Part shown: positions 11,458 through 22,975 of the stretch, in pieces
Layout of the letters: each line of letters begins with the position of its first letter
How positions within the stretch are numbered: the first letter of the stretch is position 1
Assembly: GCF_006345805.1 (NCBI RefSeq)
Contig: NC_043000.1
Span: forward strand, 108,066,001 to 108,130,000
Direction of reading: 5' to 3'
Source: Octopus sinensis
Lineage: Eukaryota
DNA: 64,000 bases
Program-made: the position numbers and the translations under genes
Notes under the pieces: generated by a model
Seen by the model: only the letters and a program-made list of their open reading frames with translations
Told to the model about the DNA's origin: nothing
The model's database searches: none

Positions 11458-11723
11458 TTAAAAGTTAATTGTAATAAAAAAGTTCATAATTGTTTCTTAC
11501 TAGTCTCAACAGAGTCCACGTGGTGGTGTTTTGTGTGTGAGGGGCAGCATAATGGCTGTCTTGTGCGTTGACTAGAATCGTTGGCTATACATATATATAT
11601 ATATATTGATATATTGGTGTGAATTATTATTGTTCCTGAACGTTGTTTTTTATACTTATCACGGACCACACGAAGCTTACAAAGTTCCCAGACTTAGATA
11701 CTTGGATTATATATTTACACACG

Positions 11724-11808
<85 letters not shown>

Positions 11809-12024
11809 CCTCTAAGTTCGTTTAATGTAGAGGTTTTTGAATATGTATATAAAAGCTCCTGTTTTATTACGCTGGCTACAGCCTAGTGATACCAACTTAC
11901 AGTATAAGTTTATTGGGGTTGTACCGAGCTGTGTCGACATAATGTACGGTAAATATAGTAGTAATATTGATAATCCATGGATGAAATTTAGGAATATTCT
12001 AATGCATGGCTTCTAATACTTGGC

Positions 12025-12152
12025 TTCTCACAAAGCATTGGTCAGCCCCAGGGTACTGTATAAGACACTTGCCTAAGGTGTGACGCAGTGGGTCTAAACC
12101 CGAAACCATTTAGTTGGTAAGCACATTTCTTCCCACGCAGCAACAATTGCGC
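12025..12152 (-). mobile_element. SINE family A 5' part
   Basis: Reverse complement of head/body: GACACTTGCCTAAGGTG..GCAGTGGG..AAACCCGAAACCAT. Confidence 0.65.
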
Positions 12153-12335
12153 TTATAAGAAGATAATAAATCGAATTTCAATTCCGGTTTTACAATTTTT
12201 ACATTACAGCAATATATTTGACACAAAATGTGTTTTTCTCCCATTTCCAAGCTGACAAGGCAATCAATAACAACCAACATTTAAATTTTTTTGCGAAAAT
12301 CGACGATCAAGACGTTATACTCCATCCTTAATTTA

Positions 12336-12392
<57 letters not shown>

Positions 12393-12682
12393 CACTCTTT
12401 CGTTTTTGCTCTTTTTCATCCACTTCTTTTTTCATTCACTCTTTCTTTCTATCTATCTACTTTGAATCTTTTTCTATGTCTCCTGCGTGTAGTTTTAAAT
12501 TTCTTACTCTCCATATTTTTCAAACATGTACAAAAATTTATAGGTACCAGAACCACCCCATACACACACACACACACACCACACACTTCATATTATTTAC
12601 ATGTTTTCAAATGACACATATACTCACATATGACATACGTACATATTAGCACAAACACACACGCTCTCTCTCTCACACACAG

Positions 12683-12718
<36 letters not shown>

Positions 12719-13882
12719 ACACACATATTTACGTTTTGAAGTTGTACTATCTTTTCAGTCCCCTTTTCCGTTTCTCTCTAACCTTTTACACGAATACCCT
12801 CAAGGAAATACCTTTCCTTCCTCTCTGCGTATGTATGTATGTATGTATGTATGTATGTATGTATGTATGTATGTATGTATGTGTGTTAGCTCAAAACCTA
12901 CATAACTACTTATATAGATTTACAGCTCATAAACAACTGTATGTATTATTGAGTTTTATTATCCTTGTCGGTTCCAGCGAAGTTACATACATGCCTGTGG
13001 GTGTATACACGCACAAACAAACTCTCTCTCACACACACAAACACAAACACACTCATACACACGCATACACACATATATAACGCCATATGAAATAAATGCG
13101 TGACATACAAAATTGATATTTCTTCGTGCAAATGATGATTTAGTGGAAACTTCGAGTAATGAATTTAAATGTATTGAACTTCAGAGTACGTTTTAAAATT
13201 AAACGTCATAATTAAAAAAAAAAAAAATAGTAGCCTCTATGGATGAGAGGCATGCTTACACATGGCGAATAAATCATAGACTCACACAGAGGCATGAGAG
13301 TGCGATTGTTCACGCATCTATAGTATAACCATGATACGCGGCCATTTTTTTCACGCGTGTTGTAAGGAGAAGGAATGAAGAGCGCTGTCAACAGAAGAAA
13401 GTATTCTTAGATTACATGTCGAGGAAAAGGCTACTAAATGTTAGGATGGAAGCAGAAAATATTTAACATTTCAATATATTTTCAATCGCTTCAAAACAGT
13501 TTTTGTCAAAGTGTTCCAAAAGTCGAATGCAATGATTAAAGAGAAAATCAGCTTTGCGCATACGGATCTACGTATGCAGAATACCGATTGATATTTATAA
13601 GCCACGTTGTTACTATTATATAATGTACTGTGTTTTAACTTTCAAATTTTGTTTGATTCACTTCAGTTTCATTAACAATCAATTACATTAAATAAATTAT
13701 CAATTGCTAATCGATTAACCCAACCTTTTGATACTGTTTATGATCTTATCAATATGTCATGCTCAATCACATCTACTATGCACTTCTTGCATACTTCCTG
13801 CTTGGTCTTGTATTAATATTCTTCATTATGTATGTATATATATATATATATATATATTTATATACACATACCTTTTAAAAAG

Positions 13883-13986
13883 TCACCTGACGAGACACAT
13901 CTTCACCGAAAGATGCACCACAGCCAGTAGTGCAGTATCTCACCCGCGATAGACCGATGCAAGATGGATTGAAACAGTCGTTGTGA
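13883..13986 (+). ncRNA. decayed hammerhead-like motif
   Basis: UCAC-CUGACGA-GACACAUCUU...AAGAUGGAUU-GAAA-CAGUC|GUUGUGA. The core is intact, but stem III is ACAGU (non-palindromic) and stem I is weak. Lies between (TA)n tracts. Confidence 0.4.
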
Positions 13987-14053
13987 TAGATAAAATATCA
14001 CGTGAATCCCATCTTCTCTTTCTCTCGTTTGTGCTATGTATATATATTATATA

Positions 14054-14091
<38 letters not shown>

Positions 14092-14334
14092 TATATGAAT
14101 ATATATTTATGTATATATATATATGAATTCCTATGTCTTTGACATCGTCTGTACGAACTATGTGTGTACTTTTATTCCCCAGGCACATATATGAGAGGGT
14201 CTATCAACGTTAATAACACAATATTCGGTGTTCTTACAAGACGTACATGTTACATTGGACATACTGGTTATCTTTTGGTATAAATACTGATTCCGTCGCT
14301 AATAATTGATTTGTGTGTGTGTCTGTGTGTGTGT

Positions 14335-14380
<46 letters not shown>

Positions 14381-14796
14381 CTATTTTATGTACATACTGA
14401 CATATATAGAAAGCACTTAGTGGAGCTCAAATGATTCGAACTTAGACTGATGTTTTTTTTACGAGGGACCGATTCCCCGGGATAAAGACAACAGAGCCTA
14501 AATTCGAATCATTTGAGATGAGTATCTGGATGTTGTCTGTTGGCTACTCACACACACACAAACACACAAACACACACTTACACACATATATACATACATA
14601 CACACATATATACATGCATACACACATATATACATACATGATGTACGTCAATGTGTCAAACATTACCGGGCCGTGTATTTTTATAGCAACTATCACCCTT
14701 CTAGGTTACAACACTAGCAGTTCCAACACACGATTTTACATCAATTTCTAATTTCAATATTATGTTAAACATTAACCGACTCCCTTACATTCAAAG

Positions 14797-14830
<34 letters not shown>

Positions 14831-14833
<3 letters not shown>

Positions 14834-15175
14834 AATTAGTAAATAAATGGCACAACTAAGTACCGATATTTACTGGAAATAGCGAACGTAAAAATACGAC
14901 GCTAATGTGTAGCTTCACCGCGTATGTATTAGCAAAAATGCGTGTGTGCAACAAATTAGAGAAAAAAAAAACGTCTTACCTCCAGGGAGAACATCTGAAA
15001 GATGAAACACCCGGAAAAGGATAATGTGGTACCTGCAGGTTTCAGGTTTTACAAGATATGTCTCTCACCCATATTTTGTTTTACCTTCATCAGCCAAACA
15101 TATACCAAGACGAAATCTACGATGTTACCACATTAATACTAACACACTCGACTGAAATACGGAACGCTAACAGTA
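14831..15175 (-). mobile_element. second, diverged copy of family H1
   Basis: Colinear with 8800-9130 (AGTAAATAAATGGCACAAC..GGGAGAACATCTGAAA..ACACTCGACTGAA). Its left end abuts (TA)n. Confidence 0.85.
15024..15101 (-). ncRNA. type I hammerhead ribozyme (H1 copy 2)
   Basis: AUGU(UU)GG-CUGAUGA-AGGU[hairpin]ACCU-GAA-ACCUGCAGGU-A|CCACAU. Compensatory changes relative to 8983-9054. Confidence 0.9.
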
Positions 15176-15785
15176 CTTACATCGTCTGAAAAACTTTCCT
15201 TTGCGTGCGCATATTTCTATCTGTTACATTACTGACCAAAGCTTCGAGTACTTTAATATAAATTCATTTTTGGCACCATTGTTTTTAACTCCAGGATTTT
15301 TTCTTATTTCCTTAAACAAAAAACAAACTTAAAAACTTCCAGATTCAACATTTAGATGTAATGCATTATAATTACATGGACCTCATTCATATTAATGTAA
15401 TGTGACGGTTTCGAAACTTCTTGATTTTTAAATGACTTCAATAAATCAAATTCGCAATTGAGCGTAACGTTTCGCGCTTTATTTAGAAAATTCTGTTAAA
15501 CTAATTTGGAACTTTGCAAAAGAAGACGCTGCGTATATCATATAATCGCTTCTTAAACTTGTATTCAATTATCCTTATGTCTCATATAATTATTTTACAG
15601 CTTAAAAAAAAGGATTGTATTTTATATAAACAGCCATCTTCTGTTCTTGAATCTTCTGTTCTAATATTATGTATAATTTTGAACATACATACATACATAC
15701 ATACTTACATACATACATACATACATAAATACATACATACATACATACATACATATATTTACATATATGAATATATATATATATG

Positions 15786-15839
<54 letters not shown>

Positions 15840-15961
15840 ATATAGAAATTCGGGGTGAGTACTTGATAATTATAAGCACCTGTGTATACCGTTTGGTGGT
15901 GTAGGTGGTGGAGTAAGTTGATCAAAATAAAATAAAATAAAAACATGATGCGAAGGATTCA

Positions 15962-16039
15962 GCGGTACATATGTTTCGGGCCTTTATTAGACAGATTTAT
16001 AACAATGCATAATGTATGTCTGTGGCCTTCTTCAGCCGC
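15962..16039 (-). ncRNA. type I hammerhead ribozyme (family H3)
   Basis: GCGG-CUGAAGA-AGGCC[ACAGA/UCUGU hairpin]GGCCC-GAA-ACAUAUGU-A|CCGC. There is an A.C mismatch at the base of stem II. Confidence 0.85.
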
Positions 16040-17945
16040 GCACAACAGCTTCCACAAGGACATGTGTTACATCAAAAATTCTTGGTTGGGGATGCAAATC
16101 CTCTCATTCACGTACGACATAATGCGGCAGCAGCATAGAATTGAAGCGTCCATCTCTTTCTTCTCTCAATGTAGAATGAGGAAATTTGGATGTTGAGGTA
16201 ATGTAAATAAATAAATACATATATAGAGGTGAAGATGGAGGGGCGAGAGTTCGGGACGAGGGATAAATGTATAAAAAGTGTAAGTATAGAATAATATAAA
16301 AATGTAGAGGATAAAGATATAAAGAGTTGTAAGGAGATGTAAAGGGGGTATAAAGAAATATAAAGAAATATAAATAAATGTAAAGGCATAAGGTTATAAA
16401 GTAAAAATAGAAATAGAAATAAAAGTAAAAAAACCTGATAAAAACAAGATAAAAGTGTATAAGAATGTAAAGGTAATGGATGTATAGAGGTTACGGACCA
16501 AGCATGGTGGTCAGGAGATTGATAAAATTTAGTTGTAGAATTGTCAGTAAATCAACAGTTTCGTCTGGGGACCTAATGCGTTGTAAATCAGAGCTGATGA
16601 CCATTTAATCTGGTTCCTTGAATTAAATGGACTTCTAGTACATACATATCATCATGGATACATACACCCACATACACGCGTACATATACGCCTCCAAGCC
16701 TATAAGCGTACACACGCACTCGCGTGCAAACACGTACATAAACACACACGCACCCACACGCACGCGCGTACACACACATACATACAACAGAATATCCGCA
16801 TGTATACACGGACATTATACGCGTACACACTCACATGTATATACGCGCGCCCATCACTACATACACACACGCATATGCCCACGCCTCTAGGTCTAGGTAT
16901 AAGATATTAAAGGATGTGTATAAGAACGTATGTAAAGAATCCCGTACTCATGTCTATACGTGCACGCACACACGGCTGTGTGTCCGTATGTGTGTGCACA
17001 TATACACTCATATACACACACAGAGACACACGCGCACATGGGTCTAGCTTTAAGATATCGAAGTATGCATGTACATATATACGCGTGCATATGTATGTAT
17101 GCGTACACACACGCACGCGGACGCTCGTATAGTCAAAAAGTGGATCCATAGGTAAGTAAATAAACATATATAGAGGTGTAAAGCGATAAGTTATGGGTAA
17201 GAATGAGGGTAAGGGTGAAGATTAGAAATAAAAAATACAGTATAAAATAAGAAATACAATGTAATAGTTAGAAATGAAATATAAGAATTATAAAAATTAT
17301 AAGAGTTAAGGTAAGGGATGAAAATAAAAATGAGAATAAATGGAAGTAGAATAAAAGTAAAAATAAAATTAAAAATAAAAATAAATGGAAGTAGGATAAA
17401 AGTAAAAATAAAAGTAAAAATAAAAATAAAAATAAAATAAAATAAGATAAAAGTATAATTTGGTAAAGTTTAACATGAGATGAAGGTGGTTGAAAGTTAG
17501 AGGTGTGTGTTAAACGTAGGGGCGGGCGGGGGGAACTGAAAATTGGAAGGGTGGGAAGTGGAGTTTGGCGGTGTACGTTCAACATCCGAGTTAGAAATGT
17601 GAAAGGATATAGATATAGGGAATTAAAGAGACTACATAGGGAGGATATGGGTGTAGGAGAAGAAATATTTAGGGAAAAGAAGTCATATATGGGAGACGAA
17701 AATTTGTATATATAGGAGGAAAATGCAGGGAACCGTATATGCACATACACACACCCACACACACACACACACACACGCACATGTACATGTATATATATAT
17801 GTACACATACGTACACGTATGTGCACATACATACGCACACACACACACATACACATATACACGCACATATAGGAAAGCGGGATGTGCTGGAGCCGACATG
17901 TTGCACCGGGTGGGAGGAAATTGCATGGGGGAGTTGGTATAAGAC

Positions 17946-18260
17946 CTAAGCATTGTAGTATTTGAAAGTATTAATAAGTTTATGTATACAGGATGGTTTG
18001 AACTCTGACCTTTTGTTAATAAGATTGTGTTTGTCTTTGAATTTCAAGATGTTCAGGAGTTCTACACAACATAGTTGGCATCCTGCTCTATTATTTAAAT
18101 AAGGTGCAGCTGATCCGATGATGGACCATCTGAGTTTGAAGCCTATGCATTTGTCTTTTAATTCCCAAATTCTTTTAGAGAGGGAGGTGCTGTTAGCCTT
18201 ATGTCTGTGTCTCAGCGAGGACCGGTGGTTGTAGTATCTGGATTTCCAGGAGGTTGAGCA
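17946..18260 (-). pseudogene. Penelope-type GIY-YIG endonuclease C-terminal fragment (104 aa, uninterrupted, no start)
   Basis: My translation: CSTSWKSRYYNHRSSLRHRHKANSTSLSKRIWELKDKCIGFKLRWSIIGSAAPYLNNRAGCQLCCVELLNILKFKDKHNLINKRSEFKPSCIHKLINTFKYYNA*. It matches the remembered PLE EN pattern FKxRYxNH..TxLSxxIWxLK..WxI..CxLCxxE..LNKRSE..CxH. Absent from the ORF track because it has no start codon. Confidence 0.88.
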
Positions 18261-18286
18261 ACATCCTTCGCATCATGTTTTTATTT

Positions 18287-18334
<48 letters not shown>

Positions 18335-18974
18335 TTACATATATACTTACGTGTACATATATAGACGATAGACGGCAGTACACGTCATTGTCTTATAACA
18401 CTAGGCCTGGATTTCGACTAATTGCTCATGTCTGAACATTCCATTTCGATCGTTCGAACCGCATAACATCTGGAGAATAATATCTTTATTCCCCAAAAAT
18501 AAATTACATTATACCATATTGAGAACATACGTTGAACTTAAATCCTCGTATTATGTAGCCACACCTAATAAGTTGAATGGTTATCATATGAATCATCACT
18601 ATTCTAACTTCCTACCTGCTCCCTACCGGATAATGCATTGATTTAAATTTTGAATCCATAGAATGATGAAGAAATTTGCCTATAAATTAGTTGGGAGTAT
18701 GGAACTTTTATCTTAAGAAATCAATTCTTAAATTCTACGCTGTCTAGACATTTCATAGAAATTCTAGTTCAAAAATATTTTTATCAAAATGTGGTTTTCA
18801 TCGATTTTCTTTTGTAAAGTTCACTTACCCAAAGTGCGACTCAGGAGCACTAAACCTGGAACCATATGTTGAATTCCCCAATTGTTCTATTTGTTGTTTC
18901 ATTCAGATATTTCCCCCAAACAACATCTAGGGTCATTGTGGCGAATAAACGAAATCATATTCACTATTAATATT

Positions 18975-19200
18975 AGGCAGAATCGTTAGCACGCCGGACA
19001 AAGTACTTCTCGATATTTCGTTCATCATTACATTCTGAGTTCAAATTTCGCAGTGGTCTATACACATGCTACAAATAGTAATCTAATCTTCGTATCATTT
19101 GGTGTTAATGAAATAAGTACCAGTTGAACACTGGTGTTTAATGCAATTCGCTAACCCCCAGTCCACCAAACCTCAGGCCTTGTGCTTATAGTAGAAAGCT
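18975..19200 (+). mobile_element. SINE family B
   Basis: GGCAGAATCGTTAGCACGCCGG head, GAGTTCAAATT, AAATAAGTACCAGTTG, GGCCTTGTGCTTATAGTAGAAAG tail. Confidence 0.75.
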
Positions 19201-19889
19201 TTATTACTGTTAGTGGTACTCTGTATTACAACTATTAACGGATATCTGCATCTGCATATATTATCAATATATAGGGTTAGAATAAAATAATAGAAATTTG
19301 TAATATAAGACCATAAAGAAAACAATCACGATTTAAGGATAAGGATTTAAAGTCTGTATTTAATTATGGAAGATATAGGACCACAATGAAATATATTGAT
19401 TGCTAAATAAAGCACTATATTGTTTGATTAAATTCAGGATTATCTGCCACCATCTTCTCCAATTGTTGTTGTTGTTATTGTTCTCCTCCTCCTCCTTCTT
19501 CTTATGATGATGATGATGATGGTGATGACGGTGATGATAATGATGATGGTGATGATAAAGATGATGAAATATGATCTTATTTTTGTGTACATGATTTAAT
19601 AGAGATACATTCGTTAATAAAGACTTGAAATAGCCGTATAATGAAATACCATTCTTAAACATTGCAAGTTATCTTTTGTGCTTACACAAAGACACAGGCA
19701 CACACACACACACACACGCACACGCACACTTTTAGTATGTGTGTGTGTGTGTGTGTGTGTGCATATATGTAAACACTTGACAGTATTTCAATTTACATTC
19801 TTAACTGTTTTTGCATAATTTATTTTCGCATTTATTTATTTTCATCTATTACATCTCTCTCTCTTTCTCTCTCTCTCGCTCTTTCTCTT

Positions 19890-19920
<31 letters not shown>

Positions 19921-20029
19921 TTATCTGCCTCTTTACCTTCTATTCTTCAGTACCATCTCCGTGTTTTAATATTTAATGTATTTGCTTATCCGTTCCTTAC
20001 ATATATACATGAAGCATATATCATATATT

Positions 20030-20250
20030 ATCAAGTAGTAAGTGCTTTGCCTACCAGCCACATGGTTTCGGTTTCAGTCCCACTACGTGGCATCTTCGCA
20101 AGGGACGTCGACTTGAGTGTGGATTTGGTAGAGGGAAACTGAAAAAAGCCCGAAGCATAAATACGTGCGTGTGTGTGTATGTGTGTGAGTATGTGTGTGT
20201 TTATTTCTGCCTGTGTAGGTCCCCACTATCACTTGATAAACGGTATCGTA
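20030..20250 (+). mobile_element. SINE family A, internally deleted
   Basis: CCACATGGTTTCGGTTTCAGTCCCACTACGTGGCATC and GTGGATTTGGTAGAGGGAAACTGAAAAAAGCC. Confidence 0.7.
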
Positions 20251-20600
20251 CAAGTAATTTATCGTACGAAGAGCATTTCTGCTTCAAAGTATAACGTGAT
20301 AGCAATTTACTGTATAAAGTATCCATAAATCATACTATAAAGTATAAATATTTAAAGCAACTATTCATATACTCTTGATTAAATGATAATCTCATCTGAG
20401 AGATGTATCAGAACCTTCTCTTCTTTGCAGTAGTGACGACAATTTTTTAACATTTACAATTCCTCGTGTATTATTTGTTACTGGCACATAGCTTCATCTC
20501 ATTCTTCCGAATCTGGAATTTTCCTTATGCTTCTAACTAACCCTTGGGTCTTTCCAATTATAGTATTCTAAGCGTCCTATATTAGTTTCTACCTTTAGAG

Positions 20601-20909
20601 CAGGGGATCCTTCACATCCTATATTAGTCTGTAATTTTGAAACGGATTTCCACATATCGGGCCGCAGGTCAGTTCTTATCCGTGAATGATATGCTACTGA
20701 GCTGCATAGAAAGAATTAAGTTTTAAAATATTATTTCTATTTTATTGACTATCTCAGTATACAGGCATCTTTGTATTACATATGTATTTTATATGTAATA
20801 ATTAAATGATATATTAAACAATTTTGTTATGGATGTAATCTCCTTCTCTGTGGAAAATTGCCTTGCATAAATCCGGACTGTGCTGCAAAAGAAAGGATAA
20901 GGACCACTG
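20601..20909. mobile_element. decayed hAT-type MITE
   Basis: Ends are CAGGGGATCC and GGACCACTG. Flanks CTTTAGAG / CTCTAAAT resemble a degenerate 8-bp NTCTAGAN-type TSD (5/8 match). Confidence 0.5.
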
Positions 20910-21554
20910 CTCTAAATGATTTGAATCTTGCCTGAGAAACGTAAGTTGCTGATGTTACGCATTATATTGTTGCTATTGTTCCTTGACTCCGGGTTATTTG
21001 GGTTTGCGAAAACCTATGATCACATGCATTTTGGCCGTATCCTTCCTCTTATTTATTCGTTCATTGTCTATGAAAATTTACATCTTTCAATATGTTGTCC
21101 TTTCTTTCTTTTTAAGAGGGTACTTTACGATTTGTGGGTATATCCGACAGGTCAAGAAGCCACATGGAAGTCTCCTCGTTGCTCGTTAGAAGTAAAGATG
21201 AAATCACGTATTGCATGCAGTGTTTAAAATGTCCGATTTGATCAGCTGTGAATTTTGCTTATACGTTCATGTGTTTTGAGAGGGCAGCAATACTGTGAGG
21301 AAAATAGAGTTCCTTTTGTTCTTGTTACTAGTACGAAATCATCCAATGAAATTCATGTGATACATGCATAGATGACGTGGGTGCTTCTTTGTACATGTTA
21401 GAAATAGTAATCGAATCTCCGTATCACACCTAATGCTTTGAAATGATATTTGGAATAGTATATCTTATGTAACAATTTGTATGAATAAAAGATGGCAATA
21501 TCAAAACTGAAATGCTTTGCAATACAGATCTTCTAAAGGCGATAAACTGACAGA

Positions 21555-21730
21555 ATCGTAGAAGCCTCGCAATAAGTAATTTACATTTTTCTTCCAGCTG
21601 TTTAAGTTCTGAGTTTAAATTCAGTCAATTCTAAATCTGCCTTTCATCCTTTCGGGTTGAATAAAATATAGTAGTGGGAACAGTGAGACCGACTAAACTC
21701 CTCCCGTCAGAACTTTTGCAGTTGCATCTA
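21555..21730 (+). mobile_element. decayed SINE family B
   Basis: TGACAGAATCGTAG head and GCCTTTCATCCTTTCGGGTTGAATAAAAT block. Confidence 0.6.
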
Positions 21731-22168
21731 AATTAGAATTAACCACAGTTCTACAAAACTCAGTGAGATGGTTGTATCGTTAGAGCGCCGGATAAAATAC
21801 CTTGCGGCATTTGCTCCTGCTTTTTATTATCTGAATTCCACTTCTGCCTCGATTAACTTCGATTTCCATCTCCATATGGTTGATAAAATAAAGTAGCAAT
21901 GAAATGTTTGGATAGATGATGTCGACGAATTCCGTCTTTCAAAATTAGTATCCTTATAGATAAATTAGAAAATTTTATGTTCTCGATCATTGGCAATAGT
22001 AATAGCATCCAAGGTATAATCTCCGTGTAAATCCTGAACATCAGCGGTCCCCATTTTTTTTTCTCCACGTTTGATTTCATGTAAGACACACATAACAAAA
22101 TACAATGAAGAACATAATGTATAATGTAATTACTACATATGTATAATGCAAATGTAATTATTACATTG

Positions 22169-22975
<807 letters not shown>

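Larger units (their letters stand above)
15845..18292 (-). mobile_element. 5'-truncated Penelope-like retroelement (family H3) with long microsatellite-filled pLTR/3' region
   Basis: Contains a GIY-YIG endonuclease C-terminal fragment and an HHR about 120 nt from the 3' end. Segment 18263-18292 is an inverted copy of 15929-15958. (TA)n lies on both sides. Confidence 0.88.

Noticed and set aside
16595-16640. CTGATGA followed by a 9-bp hairpin
   Set aside because: No GAAA or stem III after the hairpin, so not an HHR.
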